Shown: positions 47,201 to 59,800 of the stretch, in pieces | Layout of the letters: every line of letters begins with the position of its first letter | Numbering within the stretch: position 1 is the stretch's first letter | DNA from: Podarcis erhardii | Lineage: Eukaryota | Strand: one strand, 5' to 3' | DNA length: 64,000 nucleotides | Assembly (NCBI GenBank): GCA_964252035.1 | Contig: OZ176206.1 | Notes under the pieces: generated by a model | What the model saw: only the letters and a program-made list of their open reading frames with translations | Databases searched by the model: none | Told to the model about the DNA's origin: nothing | Translations under genes and position numbers: made by a program

Positions 47201-50200
47201 GCCCAAAGCGCTGCCTCCTGGTCTCAGGCGGCTTGCTCTCCTAACCGCCACTCTCCCGCTCCGCTTCAAAGAAGGGCAAAAGTCCAAATTCTGAGAGGTT
47301 GCATTTACCATGCATGCAAAACAAATACAGTGGGTGAGTTTTGCCGCCAAACCTCCAAGGCTTTCCCGCCAGGGAGCTGCTCTCTTGAATCTTTGTCGTT
47401 GGTTTGACACAACAAGCACCTCGCCATGAAACTGCCCCAAACCAAAGCCACCAACATCTCTAGGGGCATCTTTATGCAAGTCTGAACCAGAGTTTGGGCT
47501 TAGCCCCCAGAACCTATTTTTAATTAAAAGTCCCAGGAGGACAAGAACATCAATATTTATTTTTCTAAAGCATTTGAGCCCGGTCTCGCCAGGTTTTGGG
47601 TCCAGAGCCTACCTTGAGTGCTTAGGTTTAACCTGTGAACTTGGTGTTGGAGAACTGGGACTACAAAATCATCCAATCCTCCTCAAAAGACAGACCCACT
47701 TGCACTTTCCCCTTCCCTCCAGGACAATTTGTATAGCTAATAAGGCAAAGGATGACCCTGGGCCTATGCAGACTGCATTTCCCTCAACTCAGACCAAACT
47801 GCAGATTCCCAGGATTAAGGGACGGTATTGCCAAGCAGACCATCTGAAAGTTTCCAGCTGCAGAGGGCAGGACTGCAAGGCAATGGTGGCTCGTGCCTGT
47901 TGGGCCTGGTAGGGCAGAAAGCAGGGAGCCCAACAGTAGGTTGCACCAGAACCTATGACAGGCAGAGCCAACTTATCCCAGCTTTCCCTCCACCCTGCTG
48001 AGTTCTACAAGGACAGCAGTGAAATGGAGAAGGAAGCTGACAGCCTCCCCATGGCCAGGTTGCAAGGCAAAAAGCAGGCAGGTATGGGCTGGCTGAGGGC
48101 AGGTTGGACTAGGCAGGGCAGTGCCCCATTTGCCCAAGCAACAACCCAGAGCCCAAGAACGGCCTCAGATCATGGTGGCCTCAGATCATGAGGTCCTTCA
48201 CTAGCACCCCAGGAGACCCTTGGGCTGCTGGGAGCAGACGGAAGGTCAGTTGGCAACAATTGGGAACTGGACCTGCCCCACTGGTGGAGGGGGTTAGGGC
48301 AGGCAGGGGGAGGGAGTGACGGCTGCAAGGGGGAAGCTTCCGTCAAATGGTAGAGAAAGCCATAGGAAATTGAAGACGGCGGGAAAGCGTGGCAGGTGTG
48401 GGCCAGCATGAGCGGAGGGAGAAGGGAGAGAGAACTCTTTGTTGCAGGTGGTTTCTCCAACTGTTGAGCTGGGCCTGGAGCCAGCAGCCGGGGAGGGCAG
48501 GACATTCTCCATACAAGCACACAGGGAAGGGCTGTGGCTCAGGGGAAAGCGTCTGTTTCGCATGCAGAAAGTCCCATGTTCAATCCTGAGTGGCATCTCC
48601 AGGCAGGTCTATAATGCTTTTGAATTCCCATTCTTGAATATCCTTTACCTGCTTAGAATCCTTACAGCAACCCTGAAAGGTAGGCTGGGAGAAAGGAGGA
48701 AATGAGAAGTGCTAGCATCAGGCCACCTTGTGAGTTACACAGAAGTCAGATTCAAACCAGCAGCTTCCTTGATAAGCAACTCAGCCCCTCCCCCTGCAAT
48801 AGCTCCTTTGTGCTGATATTCCTGATATTCCTCCCACCGACCTGACCCCCTCCCCGGAGCTGATGGGAGTTGTAGTCCAAAACAGCTAGGGCACTAGGTT
48901 GTAGAAAGCTGCTCTACAGTCAGACAGCTGGAATGTTTTGCTTTCAAACTTCTGGCTTGAGACAATGCACACAATTGCTCTTTATGCTTCCTGGAGGGGC
49001 CTGTGTTTGCTTTGCACTCTGGAGTGCAGCGTTTGGGGAGAACAGCTGTGGGGGGGGAGAGAGAAGGAGCACTAGATAGCACGTGAGCCATCGCTGCACA
49101 GCTGCAAAACTTTGCAACCTGTTTGCAGGGGCAACTCCTGCCATTGGAAGTTAATACTAAGCACACAGAATCAGCAAGAATTATTTGTAACGCCTCCACT
49201 TAAAAACATTTTCGAAATGTCATTCTGAATTGTACCAAATTTCTGTAATTGGGTAAAAAAAATCAAAGTGTTCCTATTCTAGTGTCAACCCCTGTCCCAT
49301 ATCCCAGAGAGTTTCCTATAGACCTGCCTTCTCCAAGCTGGTGCCCTCGAGATGCTTTGGACTACTAACACTCCAGACCGTGAAGCCGGGGTTTGAAGAC
49401 CATCAGTCTCTGCCTAACCTACCTCACAGGTTTGTGAGAGGTAAAAAAGGAGGAGGAGAGAACAGTGTGTGCCACTTGGAGCTCCTTGGAGAAAAGGTGG
49501 GACAGTAATGCAGTGATGGAGAAAAGTAGTGCCCAAATACCAGGTTGGGGACTTGGGGTGGCAGATCTATCCTAGACCACTTCACTGGCCTCCTTCTCAC
49601 AACCACTATCCACCTCTCCTTCCACAGTCTCAGAGCTTTTTGTTCTGCTTACCCAAATGTTCAGTCCAACCACCTATACACCATCCTGAGATTTAATCTG
49701 GGGACCTGTCTCAGGCACCTTTTGCCTCTTTCAACTTAGCAAACAACCCACGCCTTTTAGACGTGCTTCTGTATGCTGCTTTGAGTGCACTTTTTTTTTT
49801 TTTTTTTTGAGGAAAAGCAAGGCATAAATGTCACAAAATAGACACGAACAGACAAAGCCAACCCCCGACCCCATTCATTTTAATGCCACTAGGCCTTCAA
49901 GCTACCTTGAAGTCACAGCTGCTGCTAGCCAGAGACCCCCATCTCTCTTTAATTCCCTTCTTCCGCATGCTAAAAGTGGCTACTTAGGGACGGCCACTCT
50001 GCACACACCCAGAGGCATTCTGCTTCCTTTTATGCCACATTTTTTAAAAATTCAAGGCAGGTTGTGCAGTTGAACTTTCAGACTGAAACCCCCCCCCCCA
50101 ATTTGCAACAAGGGAGGCTGCAGTGAGGATGGCTGGGGGTCAGTGCATGTGTAAAACAGGGTTTGCATAAAAGATACAGACAGAGGGGAGGGACAGTGAT

Positions 50201-50388
50201 GGTGGGCTTGCGCTGCCTTTTAATCCCACTGTAATTAATGACCTTATCTTTGGCCCAAGCCATTTAGCTAAAGTGGCTGGAGGAAAGAAAGGGGGGGCAC
50301 AGGGTGGCCAGATGGGAGGCTGGCATTTGTCTGCGGATTAGCTGTAGGCAGATGGAGCTAAGTGGCCTTCCTAGTCCCCACCCCCTTG

Positions 50389-50391
<3 letters not shown>

Positions 50392-50462
<71 letters not shown>

Positions 50463-50465
50463 ACA
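50392..50465. repeat. Compound (CT)n(CA)n microsatellite
   Basis: Direct reading. Confidence 0.95.
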
Positions 50466-51184
50466 GGCACTCCAAGTGATAACAGCCCCAAACCTGAGAA
50501 TGTACAACTGGTGATTGTGCCCATGGGAGTAAATGCAAGAGGGCTTTTTGATCCTTGCCGTTTCTTCTGTAAGGGGCAGGGAAGGATATGACCTTTGTGA
50601 GCTCAGTAGGCAGACCTACTGATTCTCCATGCAGCGTCTATCCCTAGTGGCATCTCCAGAAAGGGCTGGGAGAAATTCCCTGCCTGTCAGTCACAGCAGA
50701 AAATGTGAGACTAGATGGGCCACAGGTGAAAGGAAGCTTCCTCTACTCCAAGACTTTTGGGTGCCTAAGGCAGGGAGTTCAAATGCTCCCATTAACTCAC
50801 AACGGGGACATTTGCACAGTTCATGGCACTTCTCTCGTCAGGGCACCCTGAATCTGCCCCCTCTCTGGGCCAGGCCTGGCCTGGGCATAGAGTCAGCTCT
50901 GGTCTTTGGTCTGGGCACAAACAGGCTTCCCATTTCACACAGCTTTGTCCTGCTGCGGACAGCTGCTTGCCTAAACTACCCTCACCAGGCCACTGTGCCA
51001 GCCTTGACACAGCACTGCTCTGCAAAGCAACGGGCTCCCTGCATCCCCACAGACCTATAACTCCCTCCCTCCCTCCCAGTCTCCAGGGGGAAGCCTCCTT
51101 GAAACAAAGCCTGCTCCCAAGAGGGCAGTTCTCCTTTCTCAACCCCATTAACCATTTCTCCAGCAGCCACAGGAAGGCCTAAAC

Positions 51185-51430
51185 CAGGGGTCAGCAAACT
51201 TTTTCAGCAGGGGGCCAGTCCACTGTCCTTCAGACCTGGGGGGGGGACTATATTTTTTTGGGGGGAATGAATGAATTCCTATGCCCAACAAATAACCCAG
51301 TAATGCATCTTAAATAAAAGGACACATTCTACTCATTTAAAAACATGCTGATTCCTTGACCGTCCGCAGGCTAGATTGAGAAGGTGATTGGGCCGGATCT
51401 GGCCCCCAGGCCTTAGTTTGCCTACCCATG
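51185..51430. mobile_element. hAT-Charlie-type MITE
   Basis: CAGGGGTCAGCAAAC...GTTTGCCTACCCATG termini; perfect 8-bp TSD GCCTAAAC at 51177-51184 and 51431-51438. Confidence 0.85.
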
Positions 51431-51750
51431 GCCTAAACCTTTCAAAGCAGTGATTTCTAAAGTAGGCAGTACTGCCCCCTGGGTGGGGGATTCCCTGCGG
51501 GGCACTAAGAGGCAAAGGGGCGGCAGGGGGGTGCTGGAGGTGGGAAAGACTATCAGAATTTGAAAAGCTGGTATCACTGGATCAAGTTCATTGCTTTTGT
51601 TGAATTAATTAAACCAAATAGATTTAATTGGGTTTTGAATAAATGTGCAATTAACTGTTGCTGTTTTGAATTTTATTGTGCGATTATCTTCCTTAGTGGG
51701 TCGTGTAAACTGCTGCCCTGAATAATGCTTTTTGTAGGGTAGGGGCATAG

Positions 51751-52115
51751 GGGACGCGGGTGGCACTGTGGTCTAAACCACTGAGCCTAGGGCTTGCCCA
51801 TTGGAAGGTTGGCGGTTCGAATCCCCGCGACAGGGTGAGCTCCCGTTGCTCGGTCCCAGCTCCTGCCAACCTAGCAGTTCGAAAGCATGTCAAAGTGCAA
51901 GTAGATCAATAGGTACCGCTCCGGCGGGAAGGTAAACAGCGTTTCTGTGCACCGCTCTGGTTTCACCAGAAGCGGCTTAGTCATGCTGGCCACATGACCG
52001 GAAAAACTGACTGCGGACAAACATTGGCTCCCTCGGCCAGTAAAGCGAGATGAGCGCCGCAACCCCAGAGTTGTTCGCGACTGGATTTAATGGTTGGGGT
52101 CCTTTACCTTTACTT
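51751..52115 (+). mobile_element. Sauria SINE, full length
   Basis: Starts GGGACGCGGGTGGC, B-box GGTTCGAATCC, CCTTTACCTTTA tail; 13-bp TSD TAGGGTAGGGGCA at 51735-51747 and 52120-52132. Confidence 0.9.
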
Positions 52116-52466
52116 TTTATAGGGTAGGGGCAGGGTTTTTTTCAGCTGGAACTCACCGGAACTCAGTGCCGGCACCTCTCAGGTGGGCGCCATTTCCAAA
52201 TGGAACAAGGAAGGCATTCATGGTGACTTCTGGCACCTCTTTTTCTAGAAAAATAGCACTGGGTGGGAAGCACTGGGGATGGGTTTATGGAACCACAGGG
52301 GCAGTGGCCCAAAAAAGTTTGGGAACCATGGTTTTTAAAGTCAGAAAACCCCACATAGAAGGAATCCTATCACAGGCTGAGATTTATCTCCTTCGACAGC
52401 CAGAGGGTTTGGAGGAGAGGGCCAGAAGAAGAGGATTGCATTTTAAAGTTGCAGATACAGGTGGAT

Positions 52467-52716
52467 GAAGAAGAAGAATTTGGATTTGATACCCCGCCTT
52501 TCACTCCCTTTAAGGAGTCTCAAAGCGGCTAACATTCTCCTTTCCCTTCGTCCCCCACAACAAACACTCTGTGAGGTGAGTGGGGCTGAGAGACTTCAAA
52601 GAAGTGTGACTGGCCCAAGGTCACCCAGCAGCTGCATGTGGAAGTGCGGAGACCCGAACCCAGTTCCCCAGATTACGAGACTACCGCTCTTAACCACCAC
52701 ACCACACTGGCTCTCT
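52467..52716 (-). mobile_element. tRNA-derived SINE with L2-type tail (Squam3-like)
   Basis: Close match to 2596-2834, with a (TTC)n tail. Confidence 0.8.
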
Positions 52717-53512
52717 CAAGCAATTCCTATCAGTCCATTCAGAACTCAGTCCAGATACTAGTCAAGTACCACAACAGGGTATTCAGATGTCAGGACCAAA
52801 CATGAAATACCCTCCAAAATCTGCACACACTTTGTGGGAGGAACATCATCAGCTGTGTAAGCTTCCAGCCATGGAAAAATCCTGAGTAGTACCAAGAAAA
52901 CCCTTAAAAAAATCATATCATCCAAAAAAGGCTCTATTTATGTGTTCAACTTGTATGAGGAGATGAACAGAGGAAGGTGACGGTCCCCCCCCCCAAAAAA
53001 AAGTATTTTGTAGTTACTTAGGAAAGCTGTTCCCACAATGCTACAAAAAGATACAACTAAATGAGAAATACACACTGACTACAGAAGCTTGTAGCTATGC
53101 TTGTGTTTGTTTCAGTTCATGGGGGCACATTCAAACCCTTTAAGTCAGCCTTTGCCAACCTGGTGTCCTCCAAATGTTGTTGGACTACAACTCCCATGAG
53201 CTGCAACCAGCATGGCCAATAGCCAAGGATGATGGGTGCTGGAGTCAAGCTATATCTGGAGGGAGAACAGGTTAGCAGCAACCCCCAAGTTACTAGGGAA
53301 CCTTGCCTTATGGTGACATTTCCCTGTTAAAAACAGATGGAACAAAATATGAGAAAGTGAAGCAGCTTAAAATGATTGGGGATGTTTTGCAGCAGACCGT
53401 TTCCTCACATGTCTTCTTCCTCTATTCCCCAAGAGGATGCTCAGTGGAACTTTGCAGACACGCTGGTCCAATAATAAAAAGTCACTGTATTGGAATGTTT
53501 AAAAATATAGCC

Positions 53513-53526
53513 TTTATCTTTTTATA
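53513..53526 (-). terminator. Candidate TRIT1 polyadenylation signal (TATAAA/GATAAA variants)
   Basis: Adjacent variant hexamers about 200 nt after the stop, followed by U-rich downstream sequence on the minus strand. Confidence 0.3.
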
Positions 53527-53725
53527 TAAATAAAAAAATAGTCAGGAAGTAGAGCAGCACGCTGGCATTCATGCCTGGATCAACTCGATTATTTGCATAA
53601 AATGGAACCGTCCATCTCTGGAGAAAGGCGACTCGGCATTTTTTAGATGAGAGATCCTTGGTGAGGGTAGGATCCTGCCTCCCGGGCCAGCGTTCCCACC
53701 AACAACCTCCTCCCAAAGATGGAAT

Positions 53726-53892
53726 CTACATTTCACAGGCTTCCACGCTCCCGTCCTTCTCCTCCTCTCTCTCGTTCCCACCAGTCGTGGCACTTCCTTC
53801 ATGGCGCTTTGTGGAAAGGGGATCTGAGGTCAGGTGTCGCTGGTGTTGCTGCTGCTTCTGGTGGAAACGGTGGCCTTTGGATTTTATGTGCT
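53726..53892 (-). CDS. TRIT1: TRIT1 last coding exon ([20 protein letters not shown]...VEACEM*)
   Basis: tggcag acceptor; HIKSKGH completes the zinc finger; TAG at 53728-53726. Confidence 0.92.
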
Positions 53893-56800
53893 CTGCCAAC
53901 ACAGGTTAACAGGAGGTCATTTTGGAAACAAAACCATGAACAGTGCTGCTTTTATATAATATTGCAAAAATCAGAATACAATACTGTTTATTATAAACAC
54001 ACACTCGTTCCGCACACTGAATGTGTTTTGTACCTTTTGGGGTGGAAACTACAGATAAATCGGTGTGGTCTGAGAGTCTCTTATCCAAATCCTCCAAGCA
54101 AAGTGCTAACCAGAAGTTCCATCCTGTATTTCAATTCTATTCTGAATCTATGATTGTGTGGATATACTGGGCACTGTCCAGTAAAGGTCAATCATGATTT
54201 TGGCCAGGTCTACACACCTGCCACAGGTAGGTCTGAGATAACAGAGGAATCCTGAGCTAACAGTCCCACTGCAAGAAGAGTACTTTTTAAATGCTCTCCA
54301 ACTTAAAACATACACACACAAAAACACAAAACTCCTTGCAAGAAGAAAACTGGCACAGAACAAAGAGGCCTGGGGTCCTAGTCTGTCTTTACTTGCAGGA
54401 AAGTTTTTTGTTTTTGTTTTAATATGGGGCAGCGTTCAAGAATGGCATTCTCCACATGAAGAGTTAGGTGATTCTTGAGAAAGTCACTTCAGACTGCAGA
54501 GGCTGCCTTTTTAAAAAAAAAATGTTCCAAGTAATATTCCTTCATGGAATAAGCATCTAGTAAATACAAGGGGCCATTAAGGACAGCATTGCATACTCAA
54601 TCTGGCAATCTGAGACGGTAAATACCAGGATTCCACCACTTCCACCTACTGCCTCAGGCAGGCATAGGCAAGCCCAACCCTCCAGATGTTTTGAGACTAC
54701 AATTCCCATCATCCCTGACCACTGGTCCTGTTAGCTAGGGATGATGGGAGTTGTAGTCCCAAAACATCTGGAGGGCTGAGTTTGCCTATGCCTGGCCTCA
54801 GAGGTTTATCAGCTCTAGGCTGGCCTATGAACACGCATGGAAATAAGGTAGTAAACTCCTGGGCTGGTAGAGGGAATTGTAAAACAGCAGGTGGGGAGGA
54901 CATTTCCAGATGATTTTCACTTTTGGAAAGGATCCCTGCAAATAAAGGTAGAAATGTTCTAACACAGCCAGTTCTCATCTCATGAGCCAGTTTTCTTCTT
55001 GTAGGGAGGCATGTATGTATATACGTATATTTAAATCTTTCCAAAAAGAGGGTTCTTTAAGAGAACCATGATTTGAAGTGATGGATGCCATCATATCACT
55101 ACCAAGCCAGCTGGAGGCATGTGCAAACTACAACAGACTCTCATTTAAAAATAAATCTTTCAGACGTTACCTTCAAAACAAGCCTTTGGCTTCTTTGTTT
55201 CTGCTGCACTAAAAAAAAAAACTTTCAACTCTTCCCACTGCATTCTTAAAGGACTGAATTACAGACAGCCTTCCAGATGTTTTAGACTACGACTCCCATC
55301 AGCCCCAGTGTCACACAGCCCCGCTGGCTGAGGCTGATGGGAGTCGTAGTCCAAAACGCCTGGAGAAGGCCAAGCTCAGACAAGAAAATCCAAGCGCATC
55401 CCTTTCACCTTCAATGGCCAGCTTCCTGCTGTTCTAAGCAGGTGGAAGTAGCTTCTCCCTGAAGAAATGCTAATTTCTCTCCCGCACTCCACATTTAACA
55501 CAGAAGTAGATCACTCCTGCCTTGCATGCGATTGCTGGGTTCACGATCCCTTTACCCAAGGAGGCAACTGCTTTTACAGCTACAGTAGTGGAAAGTTCGG
55601 GGGGCGAGGGGGAGATGGGAGAGGAGGATAAAATGACAGATGGCGGCTCCTGGAAGGGTTTATGATTCTCCCCACCCCCTTGTAAAGTGGCTCCTTTTAT
55701 AAGAATGCTGTAAACAGCCCTCCAGGAGCTGATCACTCCGGCAGGCAGGAAGAGGTTGAGGAAATTTGGGGGGCGGGGAGCAGGGCTTTGTTCCCGGGAA
55801 CTGGGAGAGCTTTGTTCCTTTTGCTCCCTCCCCATTCCCACCCCACCCCCCCGGCCACGATTTCCCCCTCCCCCCACCCAAAACCTCCTGCAAGCGCAAT
55901 CCTTCACCTTTCCACTCTCTGTCCCCAATGATGACTCTGCTGCACAGCTCACACATGTGCCGCCTCCGCTTGCCCTCCTGGGCCTCTCCTGCCTCGTCCG
56001 CCATCGTGATGGGCTCGGCCGGTGGCTGCCGCCCCTTGCGAGGAAATGACATTTTGGATCAGTGGTTGCCAGCTGTCCCCTCGGACTCATCCCCAGCTGC
56101 CCCCTACCATGCCCTTTAAAAAGCATTGCTCAGAATAGTGGTTTGTACGACCCACTAAGGAAGGAAACCACACAGTAAAATACAAAACAGGAACCATTTA
56201 ATGGTGCATTTGTTCAAAACCGAATCAAAAGCATTTAGTTTAATTAATTTAACAGAATTAATGGACTTGGTCCCATGATACTAGCTTTCAAAGCCTAATA
56301 GTCATTTACACCCCTTGCCTTTAAGCACCCCATCTAGGGAATCCCACAACCCCCCAGGAGGTGGTGCCATCTACTTTGGGAACCACTGGCTTAGAAGAAA
56401 GGTCCAGCAAAAGAAGAGGGTGACAGAGGGGCTGCCCCTCCATTCCTTAAAAGGCAAGCGGGCCCCTGGCCTCAGAATTTAAGCAAGCCAGGCCTCTTCC
56501 CACCCTGTGAAGCTTCCCCACAATTCAGTTCCAGATATGGGGAGAGATGGTCAGTGGAACTCATTACATGTGAACTAAACTGGACTCTGCAGGGCTCAAG
56601 AGGAACCCCTGAAGGAACTCAAGATGCCACAGGTTTCTTTTGTCAACCTGGTGCCTTCCAGATGTTTCAGACTACAACTTCCAGCACTGTCTGGGGCTGA
56701 TGAAAGCTGCAGTGGAAAACATCCCGAAGGCACCAGGTTGGTGAAGGCTACATTGCACACATGCCCTGTGGAGTCCCTGTGTGTAATCCAGGGCCAAGAG

Positions 56801-59800
56801 GTGATGCCTGCCCCTGGTAATCCTATCTTTTGCCTGTAGCCTGTTTACTTTCCCCATAGAACAGAATGGAGCCAGAAGCTGGCTGCTATCTGCACTGCCT
56901 CCCTGCAGCCCCAGCCTGAATGGTATTTCTTGGTCACATTAAGGTGTGACAACCCCTGGACAACTGCTTTCAATTTATTTGCAAATTTATGTACCCTCAT
57001 ATAAAATGGGCAAATGCATGTTTCAAGTCACATAATAAACTGCCTTATGCAGAGTCAGACCATTGGTCAACCAGCTCAAAATCGTCTAGACTGGCAGTCA
57101 CTCTTCAGGATTTCTGACAGGGGTCTCTAGAAGTGCCACTAGGAATTGAACCCAGCACCCGGGACCTTGTGCGAGACATGCTGTTGAACTGAATGGAAAC
57201 AGTAGCCAGAGCGCTACCAAAGTCAGCATAAAGTAGAAGTGGACGATTGCCACAGTCACAAAAGAGGAAACTTCTTGAAAATGAGAGAACTGGTAAAAAG
57301 GAAGTTGAAACGGAAGGCCAAAAGGGTCAAATCTCTGCAGAACACTTGGGGGTGATTAAAAAAAATACAATCAGGGCTCATCTAGGATGCATCTGTGAGC
57401 TGCCGGTTCTCAGCCTGGAAAAGTCCATACTGTATAGGTGAAGGAGGAAGCCAGACAGAATGTCAGCAGCTAGTTATTTTCTTTCTTTGCTTAGCAGAAA
57501 TAAGGTTTTCAGCAGCAGCAAGGGGACATTTGGAGGGGAGAGCACTTGGGTCTGCCCTCATCAGCACATGCAGCCCCTCCATGGACAGAATGAAAAACAC
57601 CTCAGCAAAGGCTCCTGAGAAAACTTAGCAGTTTGCATGAGGTAAGAGGACAGGCCCTTTACTGGATCTGTCCATAGTTAAAAACACAGGTAGCACAGAA
57701 TAAGAATAAATGGGCAGTTCTCAAAGGGGTAGGAGAGATGAGGCCTGGGCTCTTTCATTTCTTCATTAATGATCTATAGAGTCAGGGGTGAGGTGTGAGG
57801 TGGCCAACTCTGTGGATGACACCAAATGATTCAGAAGGCAAAAAAACAGATTGCAAAGAATTCCCAAAGGCTCTCTCCAAACTGGGCAAATGGGCACTGA
57901 AATGGCAGCTGCAGTTCACTGTAACTCAGAATTGTAGATTTGCAAGGCACCCAATAGGTCATCTAACCCAACCCCCTGCCGTGTAAACCGATCCATAATC
58001 ATGAGATGAGGCACTTCTGGCTGCCTTGAGGTTTCTGTGGGTTCCTGCAGGTCCTCCTCAACTGCCTGGGGGTTCTCCACAGAACTCCAAGCCCCACTCA
58101 TAAGAGACGGCTTCCCCAGAGTTTGGGTCAGGCAAGGTCCTGCAAAAAGGCATTTCTCTTGTCCTCTGGCCTTAGAGTGCAACTGCCAGTCAGAGCAAAC
58201 AAGACTAGGCTACAGAAACCAGGGAGCTGACTCAGCATAAAGGTGGCTTCCACTTTCCTAGCACTGAGTCTCTGTTGATTTGAAAAAGGGTCCTCCACAT
58301 TTTTAAATGCTGTTTCTAGCTCCCTTGCCTACCACGTACCTGGACAAAGCTCTCCACAATCTGCACGGCAGGTTCCAGCACTTTCTCCTCCCACTGAGAG
58401 AGATCCGAGACTTCCAAGCCATAAACAGGGGGCACGTTTGGGCCGGGCCCTAGAGAGACCACGGTAAGAAATGGGGGGGGGGGAGGGAAGGCAGCAGTGA
58501 GGGTCAGCAGCCTGCTCACCCCATTTGCCAGTCTGGCAGAGGACCATTTGCTCCCACCCCGCCTGGCATAAAAGCAGAAGGCTAAGCAACAGAGAGGACA
58601 ACTTCACATTATTCCTTTAAGGGACATTCATAAGCTCAAGGAAAGGAGAGTGGTCAAGCATCTTTTGGAAGGGGGGAAACCACCACATGGGTACCAAGGG
58701 CCCCACCCACCACCGAAGTCTGGCCCTTGGAATGTTGCCCAGAAAAGAAAAGGATCCCCCAGCACCCCAATTTAAAGAAAGGTGCAAACCATTGCGCTTT
58801 CTTCCATGAGATCTAGAAACTTGTTCTTTTCAAAACAACTTCTGCTGTAGGCATTCCAAATCCTGCATCAAATTCGTACCATGGGGCCTGCAGCCTCAAA
58901 TCCCACCTGAGAAATCCAGGGGTGTGGCAGCCCACCCCACTCCCCACTTCCTACCTCCACCTCCTGCAGGATGCCTCCAGCCAAAAACAACTCCTGGTTT
59001 CCCCCCTCCAGCTCCTGCCCTTCTGAGGTCCAACTGCCAGCTGGCTGGGCAAGCTCAGTGGCACCAGATGAGACAAAAGGCTTCCCAAGTGCCAAACCCT
59101 AAGCAGGTGATGCCTCTTAATGCCCTGACCACAAAAACCACCAGCCCAGGGAGCACCTGTCGGCTTTTTGGCTGGAGAGGGAGCGCGGGCTGCGCTGCAC
59201 CTGTGCCGGGAAAAGACTGGGCCATCAACCCAAAGCCTCTTCTTGTTCCTCCTCCCTTCTTGGGTTTCTTGAGGGCTCCTCCCCACCCCTGCCCCCGTCA
59301 CCCTGCCTCGCAAACCTGCCAAGGACTTTTCAACAAGTGCTCGGCTCCCAGCTGTCAATCTTGGCTCTCCTCCAAGCCTGGAGCAAAGGGAGGGAAGTCC
59401 GGTTGGCTCCCAGCCAGAGGAGGCTGTGCAGGAAGGAGCCAATCGGATTGGGAAGGGCAGCTGTCTCTCCCCCCGCCCCCCCCCCGTCTTTCACTCCAGG
59501 ATGATTCAATGGGGAGGGGCACAGTGTGTGGGTGTGGGGGGGTGTCTGCGTAGGGTCCCAACACATTTCTCTCTCTCTGCCTGGCCAGTGACTGACAGGG
59601 AACAAGTTGCTTCACAGTTCATACTCTGCTTACAATTCACAGGCCTAGGTATGGCCTCAGGCCCAGCCTGCATAGGGAGAGACAGGGAAGAGGATCAGAT
59701 CAAAGGCGGGGCTTGAATCAGAAAGGAAAGCCACACCCTCTTGAGTAGGTTGTGGGTGACGGCTATGTCACTTTGAGGAGAAGGCACTCTGCACATGCTC

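Noticed and set aside
48522-48610. tRNA-like sequences (also about 3994-4030, 26160-26220, 51751-51830)
   Set aside because: They are SINE heads: degenerate cloverleaf, running into SINE bodies.
53726-53740. TRIT1 C-terminal ACEM as a CaaX prenylation box
   Set aside because: Cys is third from the end, not fourth.
55646-55729. 12-13-bp inverted repeat GCTCCTGGAAGGG / CCCTCCAGGAGC in TRIT1 intron 10
   Set aside because: Short; no snoRNA boxes or miRNA-like stem; likely chance or a MITE remnant.
55470-56126. 218-aa minus-strand ORF
   Set aside because: Alternative frame over TRIT1 exon 10 and G-rich intron; explained by composition.
58924-59553. 209-aa plus-strand ORF
   Set aside because: Pro/Gly-rich low-complexity translation of a GC-rich TRIT1 intron, antisense, no domain or splice support.
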